A stretch of 64,000 bases of DNA from an uncultured Chloroflexia bacterium (GCA_963781625.1 CAWAGT010000014.1:11022-75021); one strand, 5' to 3'; counted from the stretch's first letter, positions 38,541-47,970 are shown. Notes: a model not told the origin generated them from the sequence alone. Made by a program: numbers and translations.

Positions 38541-39121
38541 ATGTTGCCAGATTTTCCAAAGGAAAAAGCAATACTCTCAAAGTTTTGGAATGAGTATCTT
38601 GTTCGCAAACACCGGGAGCTTCTAGGTTATTTTGCGACAATTCCTTCTTTTACAATTCATGAAGGGGACAGATGGAAAATCGAACGACCCGATGGTACTA
38701 AGTCCGAGAAGCCGTATGAAGAACTATCAAGTGGATTTACCCTTGACCTGAAAGAAGTACCTGATTTAACTCCTGAAAAGATTAGGGCAAAACTGGACAA
38801 AGTGGCTGAGAATGCTGCATCGTTGATGATCCAGGGTCTTTTTAGAGAGATCAAACAAGCAACATAGTAAACGCAAAAGGACAACCGTTTACCAAAGAGC
38901 ATTTTCTGGAATTGTTAGACAAAAAAGAATCAGACTTTGCCCCTGATGGGGAATTGATTGCTCCAGCCACAATAATGCATCCAGATATGTGGAAGGCTAA
39001 TGAGGCGAAGTTTAAGGAATGGGAACAAGATAAGGGATTTACAACTCGGCACGAAGAAATAATTAATAAGAAACGGGAGGCGTGGCGTGTAAGAGAGGCT
39101 CTTAGAAAACTGGTTGATTAG
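38541..39121 (+). pseudogene. island gene 1, unknown function, frameshifted near 38846-38870
   Basis: The frame-0 ORF ends ...LFREIKQAT*. The frame-2 ORF is open from 38846 (..NIVNAKGQPFTKEHFLELLDKKESDF...). Its stop overlaps the TTG start of island gene 2. Confidence 0.5.
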
Positions 39122-39789
39122 CGTCAATGAAAAATCTTTTCAAATACCATTCTGCCAATTATTAACTGGAGAAGGTTATCGAGTAGTTCACATGTCGCGT
39201 CATGGACCTTTTAAATCTGGAAAAGATATTTTAGCGATTGACCCAGAAGGAGTTCCTTGCGCCTTTCAACTAAAAGGTAGTACTGGAAAAATCTCACAGA
39301 AAGAATGGGCTAAATATATTGATCAAGCAGTTAGATTGGTTGAAATACCAATCGTGCATCCTTCTGTTGATGAGAAAAAGCAAAGAAATGTAATCATCAG
39401 ATAAAGGGCGAACAGTCTCATTGTTAGCTTTTTGGGCAATCTCCGAACCAAACAAAGGTGATTTCACCGCAGAAATTGCTCAAAGCGCCAGAATTTGTGT
39501 TCGGGCTATTTCTGACCAATACAGAAAAAGCAAAGAAAAGTGTTTTTTGTGACAAATGGAGAACTCGATGAAGAAGTACGACTTGAAATAAGTGACCGAA
39601 ACAGAGAATGGGAAAGACGCGGTTTTCCCACTTTGACAGTGGTGGTTAAAGGAGAACTTCTTGCCAGATTTTTGAGGCTACATGATAATTTATGGCCCAA
39701 GGAACTTGTTGCACACAAAACATTACTTGAATTATTCCTAGAAGATAGTGCTGGATATTTATTGATATTTCAATAATTAATGTTCCACT

Positions 39790-40290
39790 GTGGCGATCTT
39801 GTGCGCTAATAGCGGCATGAGACCATTTGGAACATCCGAACAATTAGCGGGTCGCCGGGAGCGCGCCTTGGGTCTGCTGCGACGGGGTCTAAGGCCAAGC
39901 GAGGTTGCAAAGCAGGTAGGCGCGACGCGGCAAACTGTGAACCGATGGCAGCGGGAATCTCGGTCATCCAAACACAAGTCCAAATCGCAACCGCGTGAGG
40001 TAGGGCGTCCCAGTCGTTTATCGGCCGCTGCCCAGCGGCGCTTGACCAGTGCATTAAAACGTGGAGCGTACGCCAATGGCTATGCCGAAGATTATTGGAC
40101 GTTGGACCGCATAGCGCATTTGATCTGGGATATGTTTGGCATCCGTTATCGTGTGAGTGGTGTTTGGTACGTGATGCAGCGCTTGGGGTGGAGTTGTCAA
40201 AAGCCCCAACGTCGGAGTTACGCGCGGGACGAGCCCGCGATTGCTCATTGGAAACGCTACGCCTGGCCGCAGCTAAAAAAAGTGGCTTGA
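39790..40290 (+). CDS. IS630-family transposase, N-terminal HTH part (orfA)
   Basis: LRPSEVAKQVGATRQTVNRWQ (HTH) and WTLDRIAHLIWDMFGIRYRVSGVWYVMQRLGWSCQKP (winged helix). Ends just after the A7 run. Confidence 0.85.
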   Translation: MAILCANSGMRPFGTSEQLAGRRERALGLLRRGLRPSEVAKQVGATRQTVNRWQRESRSSKHKSKSQPREVGRPSRLSAAAQRRLTSALKRGAYANGYAEDYWTLDRIAHLIWDMFGIRYRVSGVWYVMQRLGWSCQKPQRRSYARDEPAIAHWKRYAWPQLKKVA

Positions 40291-40852
40291 GCTTCATGCG
40301 CGGCTGTTTTTACTCGACAAATCCGGCTTTTCGGAGGTATCGCCACTCAAGCGCACATGGGCGTTGCGTGCTCATACACCTACCCGATCCACTAGCCTCA
40401 AACACAATGAGCGACTGAATCTGATTGGCGGCATCGGCGTGACTGCGGCTAAACGCAAGATCAAATTGCATCTTCGGTCCTATCGTAAATCGATCAGTGG
40501 CGAGGGAGTTATTCGTTTCCTCAAGCACCTGTTGAATTCCAACAGAGGAGCGATCGTCCTGGTGTGGGACCGACATCCCATTCACCGGCGCGCCAAGGTC
40601 AAAGATTTTATCGCACAACACCCACGCCTTCATGTCTATGAGTTCCCTACCGCTGCTCCCGAACTCAACCCCACAGAATTCGTGTGGACCCAACTCAATG
40701 AATACGTTACGGGTACTGCACCGCATAACGCCACTGAACTTCGGAATTTTGTCTTCGCCGGTATTGCTCGAACCCGCCGTTCCTCAAGTCGTCTTTGGGC
40801 TTGTATCCAGGCATCGGACCTGCCTTGGAAAAGATCAAGTTTGGAACATTAA
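40277..40852 (+). CDS. IS630-family transposase, DDE catalytic part (orfB, +1 frame relative to orfA)
   Basis: The frame is open from 40277 inside the A7 run. Motifs: LFLLDKSGF, VLVWDRHPIHR and EFPTAAPELNPTEFVW (D, D, E regions). Confidence 0.8.
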   Translation, partial: KKWLELHARLFLLDKSGFSEVSPLKRTWALRAHTPTRSTSLKHNERLNLIGGIGVTAAKRKIKLHLRSYRKSISGEGVIRFLKHLLNSNRGAIVLVWDRHPIHRRAKVKDFIAQHPRLHVYEFPTAAPELNPTEFVWTQLNEYVTGTAPHNATELRNFVFAGIARTRRSSSRLWACIQASDLPWKRSSLEH

Positions 40853-42016
40853 TTATTGAAATATCAGTAGATAGACCAAAACTTGCTAATTTTCTCTTGG
40901 ATGTTCTTCAGGGGATCAATAAAACAAATAAAGCAGAGCAGGCGCGTTCGTTATCAAGCTTGGCGCTGATAACTGAATATGCTATTCATCTATATGTTGA
41001 AAAGAAAAACCATGTTGCTGTTATTGAGGCTTGGACCATTTATCTGGCTGCGATTGTTTCATTTGCAACAAAGCATAAATTCCAGAAAAGAATTGGAAAT
41101 CAGATTTTCATCTTGCTCTCGAGTCCATTGACCAAGCATTTTTGGGTTTAATTGAAGTAATTAAAGAGCGAAGGCATTTTGTGGAAGGTAATCCCATGGT
41201 TGATTGATGCACCTTTTTATCGTGGCAGGATAAAAAGGTTAGCCGGATTGCTGGCCTCATTTGCCATTTGGAAGAAATCGGTTGACGACAATTGGAAAGA
41301 TGAAGACATCCTTTCATTCATTAATGAAAACCAGAAGCATTTTCACTTGTGGGGAGAAGCAGTTGTTCCTCAATTACTTTCAATAACATGGTTTTTACGT
41401 CCTAATGGAATTGAACCACGGGCCTCTAGGCTGCTCGATGCGATAGCGCGAGGAATTTGCACTAATAATCTAACTCCAGAAGGCAATGGACTTGCCGATG
41501 TAGTAATCAATCAAACAGGACTTTCCGAGACCATTCAAAAAGAAAACTTTAAAGGACGTTCTTATACTTTGGAAGGTATCATTCACATATTGACGCGGTG
41601 GGGATGGAGAGGAATTCTTGAGGAACTTTGGCCTCAATTCACAAGAATTGATTATGTGGAATATAAGACCGATAAACCTTGGGAATTTTGTCATTGGCAT
41701 ACTGAAACCGGAAAATTGATTGTAAACAGACCAAAATTTCCACAAAGCTGGCGTGAGCTACAAGAAGAAGCTGATGCGATTGATGTATCCTATATTCCCA
41801 ATGTGCTACTTGAAAATCCGTCAATTCTGTTGCTGTTTCTAATTGTCTATCCCCATCGTTTCACAAAAGATGTCATAAAATTCTTGGATGACAAGTTCAC
41901 AGATTTATGAAACGTTCCCGACAGCAAAACAACTATCAGGGATGTTTCATCTCTAAATATTTCCCTACGACTTCGGAAACCTACTTACTATCTTCGCTGC
42001 TGCTAATATAAGTTCT

Positions 42017-42376
42017 TTAGCCGTCATCTGCCTCACACAAAACCTTCCCCTCTTTGACCACATCGCGCAGGAACCAATAGCCTATATCCAAGCGCTCTTG
42101 CAATCGTTTTGGAGTTTGCACTATTAAATCCGGGCCAAACATTACGTTCAGATGGCAATGAATCTCCAGGGATTGTTGTACTTCCCTGAGCTGGGCATCC
42201 ATGACGACCAGCAGATCCACGTCACTTTCGAGGTGGGGATTTCCGCGGGCATACGAGCCAAACAAAATGATCTTTTGCGGCTTGAACTTTTCCACGATCT
42301 GTTCCACCACCTGGTCAATGGCTTCCTGCGGAATGCGCTTGCGTTCATCAATTGTTGGAACTTTTACAACAACCAT
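42017..42376 (-). CDS. MNT-type nucleotidyltransferase, orphan (no adjacent HEPN ORF)
   Basis: ILFGSYARGNPHLESDVDLLVVMD. Confidence 0.8.
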   Translation of the reverse strand: MVVVKVPTIDERKRIPQEAIDQVVEQIVEKFKPQKIILFGSYARGNPHLESDVDLLVVMDAQLREVQQSLEIHCHLNVMFGPDLIVQTPKRLQERLDIGYWFLRDVVKEGKVLCEADDG

Positions 42377-42401
42377 CGTGAGGTAATTATACAGCTACTT
42401 T

Positions 42402-42438
42402 AAAGACAGAGCCTCCCAATTCGGGAGGCTCTGTCTTT
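42402..42438 (-). terminator. rho-independent terminator downstream of the esterase gene
   Basis: 16-bp perfect stem AAAGACAGAGCCTCCC / GGGAGGCTCTGTCTTT with a 5-nt loop. Confidence 0.6.
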
Positions 42439-42477
42439 CCAGGGGATGGTGTTGGAGCCAATCGCAAAACTAAATCA

Positions 42478-43353
42478 TCATTTTCCCTGAAAGATAAATC
42501 TCAGCCCGCGGTTGTAGGCTTCGGGTTTGTTCCCCGCGTGACGCTCCCCGGCGATGACGCGCGTCTCCATCTCCAAGGCGGTGTAGTTGCGCTTGTTGAG
42601 AACCCAGACGAATTCCTGTACGGGCCGCGCCATCTCCTCCAACTCACCGACGCTGAGGAATAACCTGACCGGCAAGTCCTGGTGAGCGCTCGCGTAGTCA
42701 GCTTCCTGTTGGAAGGCGAAGCGATCCCCATAGGTCACGATCGGACTGCCGATGATATATCCGCTGAAGAGGCTCGGGTCGCTGAACATGGCATACAAAG
42801 TGAAGGTGCCCCCGAAGGAACTGCCCAATAACACTCTGCGCGCCGGATCGATCGGATAGTTGGACTCGACGAAAGGCATCAACTGCTCTTTGATGAAGCG
42901 CAGAAACTTGGGCGCATCCCCCGAACCGGAGATGAATAGATCGTGGACCGGAGTGTAGTCCATGGCGCGCAAGGCTCCGTAATCGGGTTGGTCCCCCGAA
43001 TAGGTAATGCCAACGATGATCATCTCCGGCACGAACTTGTCGTAGAGCAATCCGCCGTAGACGGAATCGAGCAGCTTGAAATCCCATTGTCCATCGAGCA
43101 CGTAGAGCACAGGATATTTCTTCCACTTGCTGGGCGTGTACCCATCCGGGAGACGGACGTAAATATCGTAGTCCCGGCCGGTCGCCGAGGACTTGAGTTG
43201 TCTCACCTCCGTGCTGGGCATGCTCACCCGCTCAAATTCCGGAGTCTGCGTCTCGGGGGCCCGCGCTGATGAAGTTCCCGGCGCGCAGGCAATGATCGTT
43301 TGAACAAGCAATATGGCCAGCATGAGGGCGGTCGTTCGGGATGAAAATCTCAT
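42478..43353 (-). CDS. secreted alpha/beta-hydrolase (putative esterase, PF00756-like), probable lipoprotein
   Basis: YPVLYVLDGQWDF and GSSFGGTF motifs. LVQTIIAC lipobox-like signal. AAGGAA RBS before the ATG at 43353. Confidence 0.75.
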   Translation of the reverse strand: MRFSSRTTALMLAILLVQTIIACAPGTSSARAPETQTPEFERVSMPSTEVRQLKSSATGRDYDIYVRLPDGYTPSKWKKYPVLYVLDGQWDFKLLDSVYGGLLYDKFVPEMIIVGITYSGDQPDYGALRAMDYTPVHDLFISGSGDAPKFLRFIKEQLMPFVESNYPIDPARRVLLGSSFGGTFTLYAMFSDPSLFSGYIIGSPIVTYGDRFAFQQEADYASAHQDLPVRLFLSVGELEEMARPVQEFVWVLNKRNYTALEMETRVIAGERHAGNKPEAYNRGLRFIFQGK

Positions 43354-43486
43354 CGTTGATTTCCTTCTATGGAAATCATATAGCGAATCCCCCGCCGTTT
43401 CATGTGTCATTTGTCTTAAAAAGGGTGCAGGAAATTTTTCCTTTTAGAGTCCCACAAATCAAACTCATCCCCCGACTTTGGCCTTG

Positions 43487-43957
43487 CTAAATCCAACGAC
43501 GGACTCGGGTGCAATATTGTTCGTACGCCTCCGCAAAGACTTCCTTCAATCCCCTTTCCTCCAAAGGGATGACAATCCAATTGAGATAAGCAAGTACAAA
43601 GGGCAGAAGAATTACCGGCCAGATTTGAGTCAAAAGTCCGGCCTCGCCCAGGTACGCCAGCGTTAAACTGACATACATCGGGTTGCGGCTCAATCGATAC
43701 GGTCCCTAGGTCACCAGATTGGTGGAGATTTCACCTGGCGTGGTGGTGGTGCTGACCTTATGAAAGATATACAAACTCCAACCCGCAAACCCGGCGCCGA
43801 TTACAAACAGCAGAGCCCCGGCGAGCTTGACGATGGAGATCCATTGTAGTGATTGAATATTCCAGGGCAATAGAACCTGCAAGCCGGCGCCGATCAGATA
43901 AACCAGCACAAAGACCCACGGCACCGGAATACGCAAAAGAAATTTAAAAGGATTCAT
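43487..43957 (-). pseudogene. isoprenylcysteine carboxyl methyltransferase-like (ICMT/PEMT-family) membrane protein with an in-frame TAG at 43706-43708
   Basis: Reads ...GEISTNLVT*GPYRLSRNPMYVSLTLAYLG. The stop sits inside the conserved LVTxGPYxxxRNPMY motif, and both halves are in the same frame. Confidence 0.7.
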
Positions 43958-43983
43958 TTGTCTATGGTTATCCTGTCAAAAAA

Positions 43984-44847
43984 CTAATCTTTCGGCGGTC
44001 CCATGAAAATGCGATCGTGCATTTCTGTCAGGGGCCAATCACCCTTCCCATCCCAGCCAAAACGCCAGGGACTGATGCCCTCCACCCACCAGGTCACGCC
44101 CGCCTTTTCATAGGCGGCTACGTCAGCCAGATCCTCATCGCGATTCTTTGCACGCTTGTTGCGTTTGAGGACCAGATCAAACGGCGCCTCCGCCGGCCGA
44201 TGCTGGTAAACATAGTTGTGGATGTCCCTGAATTGCTCCGGGCTAAGATCCCGCATGAAATCATCCCGATTGAGGGGGAAAACTCCCTCCCAGCGTGCCG
44301 CCCGCCGGAACGGCGCTTTGTTCGGCCATGATCCGGCAGCCCAGATCGGTATGCGAGGCTGCTGAACGGGAGTCGGCATGAACAGGGCCTCCTTGATCTG
44401 ATAATGTTCGCCGGCATAGCTGAACGGCTTCCCCTGCCACAAACCGGCCAGGACTTCCAATCCTTCATCCAGCATGGCGGCGCGCACCTTGAGATCGCTC
44501 GGCTCACCCAGATAATCGAACTCTTCCAGGTTCACTCCCAGGCCCACTCCCAACGTGAGGCGGCCATTCGACACATGATCAATGGATACGGTCTCGCGCG
44601 CTAATTTCCAGGGACAACGACGCGGCAAAGGGGTCACCAAAGTGCCCAGACGGATGTGCTCGGTATTCAGTGACATGGCCGTCAGCGCCACCCACGGATC
44701 GACCAGGCCATCCGGCCAGTCCGTGAAGACGTGATCCCACAGAAAGAAACCTTCCCAACCGGCTGCTTCAGCCTCCCGCGCCATGGCGGCGAGCAGGCGG
44801 GCATCTGCATAGGGCCCAAATATTGGAATGTACAGGCCAAAGCGCAT
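43984..44847 (-). CDS. LLM-class (luciferase-like) flavin/F420-dependent oxidoreductase
   Basis: MRFGLYIP...AEAAGWEGFFLWDH and LGVGLG motifs. Confidence 0.8.
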   Translation of the reverse strand: MRFGLYIPIFGPYADARLLAAMAREAEAAGWEGFFLWDHVFTDWPDGLVDPWVALTAMSLNTEHIRLGTLVTPLPRRCPWKLARETVSIDHVSNGRLTLGVGLGVNLEEFDYLGEPSDLKVRAAMLDEGLEVLAGLWQGKPFSYAGEHYQIKEALFMPTPVQQPRIPIWAAGSWPNKAPFRRAARWEGVFPLNRDDFMRDLSPEQFRDIHNYVYQHRPAEAPFDLVLKRNKRAKNRDEDLADVAAYEKAGVTWWVEGISPWRFGWDGKGDWPLTEMHDRIFMGPPKD

Positions 44848-44906
44848 CTCAACCTCCTTTTGAATGAGCGGCCCAACTACGAATTACCGATTACCAATTA
44901 CAACTA

Positions 44907-46122
44907 TTACTTCACCAAGCTCATAAACAAGATGCCAGCCAGCAAGGCCATCAATGCGCCGAAGAAGAACGGTGCGCTGGCGCCGAAGCCCGTCCACGTG
45001 CCGAGGCCCTGCCACAACAAGCCTGCGATCAACGAAGCAGGCAGCACGGTGATGCCCACCGCGGCGTTGTAGAATCCGTAGGCGGTGCCGCGCTGCGTAT
45101 CGGGTACCAGGTCGGCGACCAGGGCGCGGGCGGTGCCCTCCGTGGCAGCGTAATACAATCCATACAATGCGAACAGTGCCCAAATTTCCCCACCGGTTTT
45201 GGAAAACGCGAATCCCAGATACACCAATCCATAAGCCAGCCAGCCGCCCAGGATCACCCGTCTGCGTCCCACTTTATCCGACCACGCCCCGAGCGGCCCG
45301 GCCATGATCGTATACAACACGTTGAAGGTCAGTGACATGCCCATCACTTGCAGGATGCTCAAGCCGCGCTCCTGTCCGCGTAATAAGATGAAGGCATCGG
45401 AGGAATTGCCAAGCGTAAACAAGATGAGCACGAACAAAAAGTATTTGAAGCGCGGATCTACATCCTTGAGAGATAGACGCTTCATCTCTACCCCGCCGCC
45501 GGCTCCCGTCACCTCGACCGCACCAAAGGCCAGAACCAGTACCGCCAACACGCCCGGGATGATGCTGACCAGCACGATCAACTTGAAGGTGTCGAGTGAA
45601 AGTTCCAAGGCCTGGGCTTGAGTTCCGCCAGACGATAAAGGCGGCAATCCCCAATCCGAGGAAGGCGCCGAAGGTGTCACTGGCGCGGTGCAGGCCGAAG
45701 GCCAGTCCGCGCTGCTTGTCATCGATTGAGGCGGCGATCAAGGCATCGCGCGGCGCGGTACGGATGCCTTTCCCGATCCGGTCCGCCACCCGGACTCCCA
45801 GCACCCAGCCCCAAGCACCCGCGAAATATAAAAGGGGCTTGGTCAACGTCGAGAGGGCATATCCGACCACAGCAAAAGGTTTGCGCTTCCCGAAGCGGTC
45901 GGACAATGCGCCGAAGAAGATCTTCAATAAGCTGGCGGTCGTTTCGGCAATGCCTTCGATCAGACCGATGACCGCCGTCCGCACGCCGAGGATGTTTGCC
46001 AGGAAAAAAGGAATCAGGTTCAGCAGCATCTCCGAAGAGATGTCGTTGAGCAGCGACGTGGCGGACATCACCCACACGTTGCGCGGCAGGCGTTGCAGGG
46101 CTGGTTTATTCATTATCTTCAA
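44907..46122 (-). pseudogene. MFS transporter split by a frameshift near 45620-45635
   Basis: N-terminal half (..GALSDRFGKRKPF..) lies in ORF 45274-46122. C-terminal half (..GAWSDKVGRRRVI..) lies in ORF 44907-45722. The two overlap in different frames. Confidence 0.75.
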
Positions 46123-46131
46123 TCCTTTCTC

Positions 46132-47469
46132 TTAAGCGGTTTGTGTTTGGGCGGCGCGGCGTAACAGCAGGAAGCCGATGATACCTGCCAGAAGAGAGGC
46201 GCACAGGATCCCAGTTTTGGCGCTCTCCAGGGCAGGCGATTCGCCAAAGGCCAGATCTGAAATAAAAAGTGACATGGTGAAACCGATGCCTGCCAGCCAA
46301 CTCACGCCATAAATATGCCACCAGTTGACATCGTCCGGCAGCTCGGCCAGTTTGCTTTTCACGATCAGCCAGGAAAACGTGCTGATGCCAACCTGTTTGC
46401 CGATGATCAAACCAAGAATCACTCCCAAGGCAACCGGGTCGGCGATGGCAGCCAGGAAGTTGTTTCCGATGATCACCCCCACGTTGGCCAGGGCAAAGAA
46501 AGGCATGATCCCATAAGCCACCCAGGGATGCAGGGAGTGTTCCAGTCTTTGCAGGGGCGTTTCCGCGTGTTCGGCCAGTTCTTCCAGGGTTTGCAGGGCG
46601 GCACGCTGAGTCAGGCTGAGATAGCCATCGCCTTGATCGGTGCTTTCAAACTCATCCAGCACTGCGCGGCTATGCTTGACGAAATCCTTGTCGTTCAGGC
46701 GCGCTCGTGAGGGAATGGTCAGGGCCAGCAATACACCGGCAATCGTGGGATGGACTCCGGAATACAGAAAAGCCAGCCACAGGCCGATACCCAGGATCGA
46801 ATACACCAGCGGGTTGCGAACGCCCAGCAAATTACAGAGGATCAGCAGCATGAGGAGCATGGCTGCCACGCCCAGTGTGAGCCAGACAATCTCACTTGTA
46901 TAAAAGAGTGCGATGATCAAAACTGCGCCGAGGTCATCCACCACCGCCACCGCCGTGAGAAATACTTTCAAGGAAACCGGTACACGCTTGCCAAGCAACG
47001 CCAGCACGCCCAGCGCAAAGGCAATGTCAGTGGCCATCGGGATGCCCCAGCCGGCACTGCCGGCTTTATCATGATTGAAGGCCGCGTAAATCAGTGCAGG
47101 GAACAGCATGCCCCCCACCGCGGCGGCCACCGGCAGGATGGCTTTGCGGAAGGAGGCCAGTTCACCGATCAAAATCTCGCGCTTGATCTCCAGGCCGACC
47201 ACAAAAAAGAAGATTGCCATCAAGCCATCGTTGATCCATAGGATCAGCGGTTTGGACAGTTCATAATTTCCATAACCAAAGGTTAATTTATCTTTCCAGA
47301 GGGCATGATAACTTTCGCTCCATAGCGAATTTGCCCAGATCAAGGCGATGATCGTGGCAACCAGTAAGAGAATGCCGCTGGAGGCTTCCTGTTGCAGAAA
47401 TTCCTGTAACGGTGATAGAAGTTTTTCTACAGGGGTGCGTTCCACTAAAATCTTGTTGTTCTTTGTCAC
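46132..47469 (-). CDS. nhaA: Na+/H+ antiporter NhaA
   Basis: VAVVDDLGAVLIIALFY (the DD pair) and the overall NhaA-like TM layout. Confidence 0.88.
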   Translation of the reverse strand: MTKNNKILVERTPVEKLLSPLQEFLQQEASSGILLLVATIIALIWANSLWSESYHALWKDKLTFGYGNYELSKPLILWINDGLMAIFFFVVGLEIKREILIGELASFRKAILPVAAAVGGMLFPALIYAAFNHDKAGSAGWGIPMATDIAFALGVLALLGKRVPVSLKVFLTAVAVVDDLGAVLIIALFYTSEIVWLTLGVAAMLLMLLILCNLLGVRNPLVYSILGIGLWLAFLYSGVHPTIAGVLLALTIPSRARLNDKDFVKHSRAVLDEFESTDQGDGYLSLTQRAALQTLEELAEHAETPLQRLEHSLHPWVAYGIMPFFALANVGVIIGNNFLAAIADPVALGVILGLIIGKQVGISTFSWLIVKSKLAELPDDVNWWHIYGVSWLAGIGFTMSLFISDLAFGESPALESAKTGILCASLLAGIIGFLLLRRAAQTQTA

Positions 47470-47544
47470 ATCAAACTCCCGATTTTCTTTTGATATTACC
47501 TCCGATAAAGAAAGGCGGAGGTTGATCCTCCGCTACTGTGGGAA

Positions 47545-47970
47545 TTACTCCTCACCTTCATCGCCGGCCATGCCCGGTTGTTCAACCTTGAGCACCTCTC
47601 CGTGCATATCGATGATGATGCGGAAGCCCATCATTCCCAGATAGGCGCGCAAGTCCTCAGGCAATCCGGTCTGCATGAGTTGATCGAATTGCTTATCGAT
47701 ATTCTTCAATTGTTGTTCGATGGCGGCTTTCGTGAACACGTCCTCCTGACCGAGCATTTTGGCAGTCTGCTCTGATAAGAAGTCTTCACTGCCTTTCATC
47801 ATCTCGGCCATTTGATTGAGCACGGTCCGGTCCACCTGTTCGGCGGGGATGTGACGGCGGAAACCCGCGTCATCCACCACGTAACAGGGTTCATCGCCCA
47901 CCAAAGCTGATTCGGCGGCATTTCCAAATTCATCGATCACGAGTCCGGCAAAAAGAGGTGCGCGGGGCAT
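47545..47970 (-). CDS. hypothetical acidic protein
   Basis: 141-aa ORF. Its start overlaps the upstream stop (TAATG). No family recognised. Confidence 0.5.
   Translation of the reverse strand: MPRAPLFAGLVIDEFGNAAESALVGDEPCYVVDDAGFRRHIPAEQVDRTVLNQMAEMMKGSEDFLSEQTAKMLGQEDVFTKAAIEQQLKNIDKQFDQLMQTGLPEDLRAYLGMMGFRIIIDMHGEVLKVEQPGMAGDEGEE

Larger units (their letters stand above)
39762..40867 (+). mobile_element. IS630/Tc1-mariner-family insertion sequence with terminal inverted repeats and a TA target duplication
   Basis: 39763-39787 is the perfect reverse complement of 40842-40866 (25 bp). TA at 39760-39761 and at 40868-40869. The internal transposase carries a DDE signature. Confidence 0.85.
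39114..41910 (+). pseudogene. island gene 2: Mrr/PD-(D/E)xK-like nuclease N-domain fused to a ~400-aa unrecognised domain. Disrupted by a 150-bp insertion, an IS630 element and two frameshifts.
   Basis: E20...GKDILAID...CAFQLKG...KVFFVTNGELDEE resembles an Mrr catalytic core. Removing 39389-39538 and 39762-40869 restores one frame. The segment 41091-41207 is coding in a third frame. Confidence 0.6.

Noticed and set aside
39763-40866. Alternative reading of the IS ends: a shorter element starting at TAATGTTCCA, inserted at TA inside a pre-existing 30-bp perfect palindrome of the host gene.
   Set aside because: This requires an improbable long palindrome in a coding region. The model with 25-bp terminal inverted repeats belonging to the IS, plus the outer TA duplication, restores the host reading frame exactly.
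31137-43708. Possible TAG reassignment or pyrrolysine decoding, suggested by two in-frame TAG codons in otherwise conserved genes (HEPN at 31137, ICMT-like at 43706).
   Set aside because: Several well-supported genes in the same window terminate with TAG at the expected protein end: the GT4 gene at 7325-7327, asnB at 12612-14, maoC at 21442-44, the PBP at 24842-44 and asp23 at 61524-26. No pyl-type genes or methylamine methyltransferases are present. Nonsense mutations or base-call errors are the simpler explanation.
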